Shown here: positions 41,321 to 52,200 of the stretch, piece by piece
Numbering within the stretch: position 1 is the first letter of the stretch
Layout of the letters: each line of letters opens with the position of its first letter
NCBI GenBank assembly: GCA_963674825.1
Contig: OY771587.1
Coordinates: 3,744,001 to 3,808,000 of the forward strand
Reading direction: 5' to 3'
DNA length: 64,000 nucleotides
DNA from: Candidatus Cloacimonadales bacterium
GTDB taxonomy: Bacteria; Cloacimonadota; Cloacimonadia; Cloacimonadales; JAIOQZ01
Notes under the pieces: generated by a model
The model's database searches: none
Told to the model about the DNA's origin: nothing
The model's input: the letters and a program-made list of their open reading frames with translations, nothing else
Made by a program: the position numbers and the translations under genes

Positions 41321-43261
41321 ATGAAGAAGAAGCATCGTCGGAATTTACTACTGGGAAACCTCGTTTGTTTGGTTGTCGTCGTGCTGTTCGTAGCTTTGGC
41401 ACAGAAAAGCATCGATATCTTCGAGCTGAAAACGATCGATGAACGCATGAAATTCAAAACCATGGTTGGACAATCGATCGACCTGGCGGATGATTTTGTG
41501 TTCGTCAACATCGACAACTACACCAAAGAAAAGGCGGGACAAACGCTTCTGCCCAAGACGTTCTACTCTCGGCTTCTCAACCGAATTGCAGAAAACGATC
41601 CCGAAATCATCATGCTCGACCTCATCTGGGGCAATACCGCCGATACGCTGGGCAATCAGGCAATGATTGACGCTGTGATGAATTCCGCCAATGTCGTGTT
41701 GCCCTATCTTGCCGATTTAGATTCCGACGAACCTTCCGTCAATTCGGATTACTTCTTCGACCTTTATTCCTTCGAGATCAATCCCGATGTCGATGAACCA
41801 GCGCTGAAGAAAATCGACAGCATCCTGTTCAGTTCGCTTACCGGGATCGTGGAATACTCTCTGGCGGCGGGATTCAGCAATATACAACCCGACATCGACG
41901 GCGTCATGCGCAGGATTCCGCTGATCGCGGAGTTCAACGGCAAGCTGGCACCTTCGTTCGCGTTACAGGGGCTTTGCAGTTATCTCGATTATCCGCTGGA
42001 GAACATCGAAATCCCGGATCGACGCCATGTCGTCCTGAAAAGTTTCCCAACCGAAAGCGGAACATCCGATTTTGCTCTCAAGCTCGATCCCGACGGCAAT
42101 CTCATTATTGATTTCACCTCATCGGTGTTCAAGATGGAAGACCTCGCCTCTTTCAGCGCATGGGACATCTTGAACGAGGATATCGATTTCTCGATTCTGA
42201 AGGGTAAAATGGTCGTCGTTTCCGATATCTCATCCGACAAGAAAGACTTCTTTCCCATCCCCAACGGCGATCTGCTCTACAATTCCTTCACCGTCGCGCA
42301 AGCGATGAACACACTCCTGCATCGATCGAACATCTCTGAAGCAGGTTATCTTCTCGAGCTGCTGATCATTCTCATACTTTCAGCTTTCATCGTTTTTATC
42401 GGAATCAGGTTTGGCAAAGGGATCTATCATATCGCGTCCATCCTGATGATCCTGGTATATATCGCCTCTACGTTTATCATGTATGCCTATGGCGATGTGA
42501 TTCTGCCGGTGTTTTCGACGGTCCTACCATTGGGCACCGTCTATCTCTTCACCGCAATCTATATTTACATGAAGACCGAAGAGGAGCGGATTCATCTCTA
42601 TTCCAATCTCGAAGGTTATCTGTCCCCAAAGCTTATGAAACGTATTCTCAACGATCCCGATGCCATGAAACCCGGTGGTCACCAGAAAGACATCACGGTG
42701 ATGTTCTCCGACATTGTCAGCTTCACCGACTTCTGTGACAACTCTTCGCCCGAGAAAGTGCAGGACGTACTTGGCGAATACTTGAAAGTGGCTGTCGAAC
42801 TGGTTAAAAAGCATGATGGAATCGTTGACAAATTTCTCGGAGACGGTATTCTCGCATTCTTTGAAGATGAGGAGAAAAAAACACCCAACCAGCAACGCGC
42901 GGTCGATTTCGCCATCGCGTTCCAGAAGAAACTGCAAAAGGTGAACGAGAGAATCAAGAAGAGGCTCAAGTATGACCTGCGGATTCGTATCGGCGTCGCC
43001 ACGGGAAGCGCCAAGGTGGGTAATATCGGTACACCGGACAAGATGGAATACACCATCATCGGCAGCGTGGTCAATCTCGCATCGCGGCTGGAGGGCGTTG
43101 GCGGTCCGGGCGATATCACCATCGACGCGGAGACCCGGGACGTCCTGTCGGAAGAGTATAATGTGGACGAAGGCAAACTGATCGACGTTAAAGGCTTCAG
43201 CAAGCCCATCATGACCTACAGCGTGAGATATGAAAAAACATACAATGAGGTGCAGCAATGA
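41321..43261 (+). CDS. CHASE2-domain class III adenylate cyclase
   Basis: TM + CHASE2 (VNID, DIDGVMRRIPL) + 3 TM; cyclase FSDIVSFT, DKFLGDG and YTIIGSVVNLASRLE (Lys/Thr pattern of ATP-specific enzymes). Confidence 0.93.
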   Translation: MKKKHRRNLLLGNLVCLVVVVLFVALAQKSIDIFELKTIDERMKFKTMVGQSIDLADDFVFVNIDNYTKEKAGQTLLPKTFYSRLLNRIAENDPEIIMLDLIWGNTADTLGNQAMIDAVMNSANVVLPYLADLDSDEPSVNSDYFFDLYSFEINPDVDEPALKKIDSILFSSLTGIVEYSLAAGFSNIQPDIDGVMRRIPLIAEFNGKLAPSFALQGLCSYLDYPLENIEIPDRRHVVLKSFPTESGTSDFALKLDPDGNLIIDFTSSVFKMEDLASFSAWDILNEDIDFSILKGKMVVVSDISSDKKDFFPIPNGDLLYNSFTVAQAMNTLLHRSNISEAGYLLELLIILILSAFIVFIGIRFGKGIYHIASILMILVYIASTFIMYAYGDVILPVFSTVLPLGTVYLFTAIYIYMKTEEERIHLYSNLEGYLSPKLMKRILNDPDAMKPGGHQKDITVMFSDIVSFTDFCDNSSPEKVQDVLGEYLKVAVELVKKHDGIVDKFLGDGILAFFEDEEKKTPNQQRAVDFAIAFQKKLQKVNERIKKRLKYDLRIRIGVATGSAKVGNIGTPDKMEYTIIGSVVNLASRLEGVGGPGDITIDAETRDVLSEEYNVDEGKLIDVKGFSKPIMTYSVRYEKTYNEVQQ

Positions 43262-46200
43262 AAAGCCGACTACTGCTTCTAATCCTGATTACTTTTACCA
43301 TTATGAACGCGCTTCCCAATGCGGGTCAGGCTATAACATGGGATCGCGATGTCGATCTTACGAATGGCTTGGTGGCCTGGTATCCGCTGGATGGGAATAC
43401 GTTTGATTTTTCTGGGAATCATTCTCCCGCTATCATGAACGGTGATGTACACTATGTGAATGGTCATTTTAATGACCAAGATGGCGCGATGTTCTTTGAT
43501 GGCAACAGTGATTGGCTGTATGCGTTTGAGGATACGGAACCACATAGTGCTTATTCTGTTGCAACGTGGGTGAAGTTTGCGGATCATCAGGGTGACAACA
43601 ACATTTTCCAGAGTGGTTGGATTGGTGCTACCTGGACGAAATATTCACTGTATTATAACGATGGGGCAACGATCAGTACAATAATTGGTACAGATTCGGC
43701 ACCTGAAGCTCTTCATACTCCATTTACCATAACGGATGAGGTATGGTATCATATTGCATCAGTTTATTCCGGCGATGCAATCAAAACCTTTGTTGATGGA
43801 GTGATGATCGATTCTGTCAGTGTGTCAATCTGTCCTATTGGTGGCGGTTCATATAATAATGAATGTCGAATTGGCGGTCATTTGTCTGATGGGGAAGCTG
43901 GGTTGCATGGCGCACTCGACGACATCCGCATCTACGACCGCGCCCTGAATCCAGAAGAAATCGAACTTCTCTACTACGGCGACACCTTCCAAGCCAGCTT
44001 CTTCGCCGACGAAACCAACGTCCCCGCCGGCACGGAAATCCAGTTCTACAACACTTCCACCGGTATGCCGGACATGTGCCTGTGGGATTTCGGTGACGGC
44101 AACAGCAGCACCGAACAAAACCCTACCCACACCTACACCGAAGATGGCACCTACGACGTTACCCTCACCATCTACCGCGACGATATGCAGGACACCTGCG
44201 TGGAAGAGGGGTATATAACGATAGAGTATGATCTCGAGGATGGGCTGGTGGCATGGTATCCCTTTAATAATGGCAGCCTTGAAGATATTTCTGGAACTGG
44301 TAACGATGGCGATGATTTCGGAACTACTTCGATAGTGACAAACAGATTCAACCAAGTTAATCAAGCCCTTGAATTTGACGGTTCTACAAGCAAAATCTAT
44401 TTAGGTAGTGATGATTCAATTGATTATTTGTTCTCTACTGACGCTCGAGATTCATCATTTTCTGTTTCAGCATGGTTTAATGTTTATACTTTGGCTTACC
44501 AATTTGGAGGGTATCCTATTCTGCATATTGGTACGAATAGTCCCAACTGGCAATTCAATTTAGGTTTGCGTGATGAAACGTACGGAGGTGAACTTTATAC
44601 AGGTTCACATGGTATGTTACCAAGTAATCTTACGGGCGACAATTCTGTTTCAACCAATGTCTGGCATCATGCAATCGTGACATACTCTGGAGAAACACAT
44701 ACAGCGAATTTATATTTAGATGGTCAGATCATCGATTCTGGTGTTTATGAAGGTGGTGGTAGTGATTGTGAGCAAGATAGTGTTTTTATCGGGTATGGCA
44801 AAGCATGGGGATCGCATTTTTCTGGCAAAATAGATGATATACGTATCTACAATCGTGTTTTACATCAAGGTGAGATTGCCTTGCTTTATTGCAGTGATTC
44901 GATCGCAGCCGATTTCTACGCTGACGAAACCACCCAATACGAGCACCAGGAAATCCAGTTCCACGATGCGTCCGAGGGTGGGCCTACCTCCTGGCAATGG
45001 GATTTCGGCGACGGCAACAGCAGCACAGAGCAGAACCCTACCCACACCTACGCCGACGAAGGCACCTACGACGTTACACTCACCATCTACCGTGACGACA
45101 TCGAATGCACTACCACCAAGCAAGCCTATATCACCATCGAAAACAGCCTGGAATATGGATTGGTGGCGTGGTATCCGCTGGATGGGGATGCGGAAGATGC
45201 AAGTGGGAATGGACATGATGGCACAGTGGATGGTGCATTACCATGTGAGGATCGATTCAGAAACACCGATAGTGCTTACGAATTTGATGGAATCGATGAT
45301 ATAATTGAAGCAAGCAATACTCCGAACCTGATCGATACTTGTCATACATTATGTTGTTGGGTTAGCGCTTCAGGCACAGATGGTTTTCTTGTCGGTAAAG
45401 GAGAAAATGGTATTAATAGTTCTCCCTATATGCTTCATGCTGCAAATTCACGATACAAATATACTGTCAGAGAAGCACCAAACATTATCCATACCACGAT
45501 GGAGCAGGACGACTATAACCTGATCACTTGGTATTTTCTTGTTGGATCATATAATGGATCACAGGTATCCCTGTATGTTAATGGTGTAATCGTCGATTCT
45601 ACAATTTCAAGCGGTACAGCTCTGCAGAATCAGAGTCTGAATCTCACAATTGGTTCTGCAAGCGATAACAATGGTTGCTTCAAGGGCAAAATCGACGACG
45701 TCCGCATCTACGACCGCGCGCTAAGCCCTGATGAAATCACCGAACTCTACCAGGGCGATACCTTCGATGCGAATTTCTACACCGAGGATACCACCTATCC
45801 GCGGCAGTGCGAAATCCAGTTCTACGACACATCTCAGGGGGCGCCCACCGAATGGCTTTGGGACTTCGGCGACGGCACCACCAGCACCGAGCAGCACCCC
45901 ACCCACAGCTACGACGAGAACGGCGTGTACGACGTGACCCTCATCGTCCGGCGCAACGACCTGGAGGATTACTGCTTCCAACGCAGCTATATCACCATCG
46001 AGGATGATCTGGAATATGGGTTGGTGGCGTGGTATCCGTTTGATGGAACAACAGAGGATGCATCGGGGAATTTCCCAGATGGCACACCATACGGGATTGA
46101 CTATGTTGCTGGTCATACAGGTGATTCTGCCGATTATGCATGTAGGTGCAATAGTACAGGAGATCATGTGTATATTTTTGATGATTCTGAAACATATACT

Positions 46201-49200
46201 GGATACTCAGTATCAGCTTGGATTAAGTTTGATGCCCATGATGGAGATAATGTCATTTTCACGAATAACTTCAGGCACACGTTCCAGCTATATTACAATG
46301 ATGGAATCGAGTTTAACACGATCATTAATTACGCAAATGATACAGAGCAGCAGGATGCCTATCGATATACGATTGATGTGGTTGATGATCAGTGGTATCA
46401 CGTTACTTCAGTATATACCGGTTCGCAATTGCAATTGTATCTTGATGGCGAAATGGTTGGATATCAAGATACTGATCTACCTGTTATTGGTGCAAATACA
46501 GAAAACAATCATTGCTACATCGGTGGACATTTGCAATCTGGTGATTTCTATTTCCATGGTGCGATTGATGATGTGCGTATCTATGAACGTCCTCTGAATA
46601 GTGCGGAAATCAACCGGCTTTTCTTCGGCGATCAGAGCTACAATCTCTCCTTCACCGCATCCGCCACAGAGGTTACGCTTGGCGATGCGATCACCTTCAC
46701 GCCGGCCGTAACCGCTCCAATCACCGAATACCGGTGGGACTTCGACAGCGACGGCGTAATCGATTCGAACGACGAGGAGCCGGTCTATACTTACGCGACG
46801 TCGGGCATCAAGACGATTACGCTTACCACCGTCAGCGAATTTGACGCTACCGCCACCCACACCAAAGAGGACTACATCACCGTCACCGGCGACTTCTTCA
46901 CGGAGGATTTCGACCACGACGGCAATCTTCCCCCAGGCTGGACCACCAACACCCGCGCCAACTGGTCCGCCATCCAGGACGACGGCAGCGACTATTGCGT
47001 GGGAGTAGAGCTATCCTCCCCCGGTGAAACGGCTGATTGCACGCTAACCTCCCCCGTAATAGATTGCAGCTACTATGATTATGTATCGATTTCGTATTAC
47101 AATGATTATCAGGATCTGCTTTTTCAGGATAATGAAGGGTACGGTGGGTTTGTCGAATACTCTATCAATGGCGGTGAGTGGGAAGAGCTGATTCATTACA
47201 TGGCAGAGACCGTCACGGGTATTGAAACGTTGCTTTTACCCCAAGCGAGCCAACAAGCCAGCTTGCGACTGCGCTTCAGGTATCGCAAACCCCAGATAAG
47301 TCAAACCGATATCTGGAAGATTGACGATTTCATGGTTCTGGGTGGCTTTACCGATGACACTCCCCCCACGACCATCACCGATCTCGCGGCAGAGAATATC
47401 TACGCCAACTCGGTTGATCTCACCTGGACACCGACGATTGAGGATCATTTCGAATCATACGTAATCGAGTATGGCATCGGTGATTTCGGGAGCGTCTGGT
47501 CTGTTGGTCAGGATAGTACGCTGGCAGCACGTACAACTTCCACCACGCGCGTTACGGGACTGGAAACCTACGGTATATATCAGTTCCGAATCAAGGCATA
47601 TGACGAGTACGATCACGAAAGCGGCTACTCCAACACCGCGATCGATACGGTCGATGCCGAGTACTGGCCACCGCTGATCACCGACCCATATCCTGAACAG
47701 CCATCCGATTGGCACAATACCAACACCGTAACCATCGGCTGCATGATCGACGATTTAGGCATCGGCGTGGATGAAACGACCATCGAGTATCGCATCGATT
47801 ACAATGGAAATGGCGCGTATGACGCGATACCGGAAGAGGAATGGACATCGGAAGGTATCGAGTTTGACAATCCTGATCGTGGGAAACGGTTCTTCCCCAG
47901 CGGCAACGAATATATCTGCCGTGCGGAGGTTACATATTCGGCATCTACAACCGACGGCGATCCGCTTTGTTTCGAATGGCGCGCGAAAGATTTATTCGGA
48001 ACCGGTCCGACTTACAGCGGGACTTCCAGCGAAGAAGGAATTGCGGACGACTGGTATGTTATCAAAGACATCACACCACCGACTCAGATACCCGGACTAT
48101 TCGGTTTAGCGCTCTCTAATACAGAAATCGGACTGTTTTTAGGTGCTGAATCCTGCGATAGTTTCTTCGACACCTATCAAATCTATTACTGGAACTACGA
48201 GAACGTGGATGAGAATTCGTGGCTCTGGGATAAAGAGGATGATCCGGGGTTGGGTGATCCAACGGTAACTTATACCACGATCACCGGTCTGGAACCGAAC
48301 ACCAATTACTATTTCCGGGTGCGCGCGATCGATATGGCGGGTAATACATGCGAGCTGTGCGACAGCATTGAAGTTTCAACCGTGGGCGAATCGTCTATTC
48401 CATCAGCGCCGGAGAATTTATCATTGCAAAACGCTGGCAACGGCGTGTTACTTGCATGGGATCAAAGCCCACAAGCCGATGTCGATTGCTACAGGATTTA
48501 CCGAGGGTTGGAGTCGGGGTACCTCGCTCTGCAAGATTCGCTGATGATCGACACCCGTACCCCAGTCCCGACCCACAGCTTCACGGACGTTGACGTGGTC
48601 AGCGGTACGACATACTTCTATCACGTTACGGCGGTAACGACGACCGGACAGGAAAGCGAGCCGTCGGACGAGTACAGCATCGGCTATATCAGTCTGGATA
48701 TTCAAGCGGATTTCACGGTCGATTTGCAGGAGATCACCATCGGAGATACCGTGCATTTCACCGACATGAGCCACAACGGTATCCCGACCGGCTGGGAATG
48801 GGATTTCCAGAACGACGGCACTATCGATTCGTACGAACAGAATCCAAGCTGGCTCTACGATGCCACAGGTACCTATTCCGTGTCGCTGACCGTGACCGAT
48901 GCGAACGGCACAAGATCGACCCGGAAAAGCGCTATGCGTGCAACCCGCTCCAACCCGGAGGTAAAAGAAGACTATATCACCGTGAATCCCCAGATCCCCG
49001 TGCTTGCGATCGATCCCGACAGCCTTGATTTCGGCGATGAGACGACAGAACTTACTTTCACGATCTCGAATTCCGGTACCGGGCAACTATACTGGGCAGC
49101 TGACGAGAGCGAAGACTGGATGTCGATTGCGGAAACCAGCGTTCGGTTTGTGGCTGCGTCCCGTGATATGCGAAACAGCATCGGCGGCAGCGTGGCGAGC

Positions 49201-52200
49201 GACGATTCGACGCAGGTCCTTGTTTCTATCGACCGCACATATCTGATCGAAGGCGATTACGATGGCACGATTTCCGTCACTTCCAACGGCGGAACGCAAG
49301 ATATCAACGTACATATGGAAGTGGTTGGTAATGCTCCAGATGCACCGACGAACCTGCTTGCCTACCCTGCTGATAGCGAAATCAGCCTGACATGGGACAG
49401 TAATACGGAAGCCGACCTGGGCGAATACCGTCTCTACCGGGATACAACCCCGGATCCCTCCACGCTTGTTGCCGTAATCGATGCCAGTCAACGCACAGTT
49501 ACCTATCTGGATACACTCCTGACCAATGGTGTTACGTATCACTATCACGTGACGGCAGTCGATGTTTTGGGTAACGAAAGCGATCCATCCAACGAGGCAA
49601 CGGCGACCCCTGTCGAGATACCGACCTACTGGTTTGTATCGACTACGGGTACCGACGGGCCTGATTATGGAAGCCAGACAGAGCCTTTCGCGACCATCCA
49701 GTACGCGATCGACACAGCGGTATCGGGCGATACGATCCAGGTCGCGGACGGCGTCTATCATGAGAACATAAATTTCAACGGCAAAGACCTGCTGCTGACC
49801 TCGGAATACTTCGTCGATGAGGAGACCAGCCATATCTTCAACACGATAATCGATGGCGGAGGAAACAACCGTGTCGCGTCCTTCGTCAATGGCGAAAGCT
49901 CGCAAGCGATTTTGAATGGCTTAACCCTCCGCAATGGCAATGCATCTTACGGTGGCGGTATTTACTGCCAGAACACCAATCCGACACTGAGCCACCTGCG
50001 GGTGGTCGGCAACTATGCCAACTACGGCGGCGGAATTGCCCTGATCGAATCCGATTGCCAGATGATCAGGCTGGAGATGACCGGTAACCAGGCTCTACAT
50101 AAGGGTGGCGGTATATACCTCGATGGATCGAATCCCGAGATGATCAACTGCACCATCGCATGCAATATGTGTATCAGCGGTGGTGGCGCGTATGTGAAAA
50201 ACAGCACGGACGTCACCATCATCAACAGCATTATCTTCGGGAACGACCAATGGCAGATCAGCTTTGGCTCCGGCGGAAGCATCAGCAATATCGATGTCTC
50301 TTACAGTCTTCTCGATGAGAACGATATCAATACCGGGGCCAATTACGGATACATCGATTCCAGCAACTTGCTGCAAACATATCCTCTGTTCTGGAATGCG
50401 AAGTACAAGCCCTACAACGGCACACCTTACTCCAACGGAAACTTCCGGCTGCACAGCATCTCCGCATGTCGTGATGCAGGCTCTCCCGTTTTGATCTACA
50501 ACGATCCTGACGGAACCCGAAACGATATGGGCGCTTATTACTACGATATCAACACTCCGGAAAGCGAGTTTCAATCCACGCTGTTTGTATCGGAGAATGG
50601 CAGCAACACGACCGGCACCGGGGATTTTACCAATCCCTACCAAACGGTGCAATATTCAATCGATCAGATCCAGTCAACCATGACGGATACCATCATCGTT
50701 CTGCATGGAACCTACGAGGAGAATCTGCAAATCCAGAACTCGGTCGTACTGGGCAGCCTGTATCTCATCGATCCGTGGGAAGGTCATATCGATGCGACCA
50801 TCATTGACGGTGGTACTCCCTCCGATTCGCTGGAAGCGAGTGGGATCGCGATCCTGAACCCCTCTACGAGAACATTCAACAGCATCGACGTGTCGATTCT
50901 CGGACTTACAATCCGGCACGGTATCGGCTGGAGAACGACGCAGCTCATCGAGCTTCCGGATGTAGATCCTTATATCGTCCACCGGCTGGTGGGAGGCGGA
51001 ATTTACGTGAACGATTGCACACCGTTTATCAATGCGAACAAGTTCATCGAGAATGGGCTGTCCGGAACGCATGAAGGTGGCGCAGTCTATACGAGTATCG
51101 ATGAAGATGCCGAGGATCGCAGAACGCGTCCGCAACTTGTTTTGAACTACCAGAATAACTGGTTCTTCGACAATTACGCCCAAGTGGGCAGCAGCGTGGC
51201 GAGCAATAGCTTCAACGGAACCATCGACCTGTCCGGCAGCGAGTTCGATGTCGCGGCAACACTCAGCCGGGACGAATGTGGAGTATCGAATTACTGGTGC
51301 GCGAACGATTCTCTTATCTCCTATACCTTCGACGATTGCTCGGGAAGACAGGAGGCGTATGTCACGAACATGAGCATTCAACCCGACACACTTGCAATCG
51401 TACTCAGCAAGGTTTATGGCGAGCCGTCCAATCCGGTGACGATTAACCTTTCCGCGGGACGTGCCAGCCCTGGCAGAACGCTACGCACAGCGTTTCCGCT
51501 GCAAATCCCCGATTACGTCTCGATTATTGGAAGTGGAGCTTCTTCCACCGAAATCAACCCGGATTCAGGTAGCGCTGCGATGCTGCTGGATCACTCCAGC
51601 GGTGTGTCGATTGGATCCCTTGCAATCACCCAGGGTAGCTCTGAAATCGGTGGTGGATTATATACGCGCGACTCGGAGTTTTCGCTTCAGGATGTCGAGT
51701 TTAACGGAAATCAAGCCAATATCGGTGGAGCTTTGTTCATGCAGGGATCGACGATGATCGTATCGGGCATCGTTCTGGATGGTAATGAAGCGCTCGAGGG
51801 TTTTGCAGGCGCGATTTATGTTGAAAACTCCGTAGTCTATATTGCGGATGCGACGCTACGCAATAATGTGGCAAACTTCATCAATACAAGTGAGGATGCG
51901 TTCGGATCGGGAATCTACGCTTACAACACCGACATCACGATCCAGAATCTGGTATTGGAAGATAATGTCCTGCCTGGCGATAACTCGAAAGGCGCAGGTA
52001 TCTACCTCTTTAACAGCGAAGGCGTCGAGACGGATGTCCTGATCGAAAATGTGGATATACGCAACAACTCCGCTTCCTACGGTGGCGGAATCTATATGGT
52101 TAGGGTCAATCCGACGATCAGAAATGTTCTGATTGCTGACAACGGAGCATTTATGCAAGGTGGTGCGATCTATGCAAAAGATTGCTTCCCGGAAATCGTC

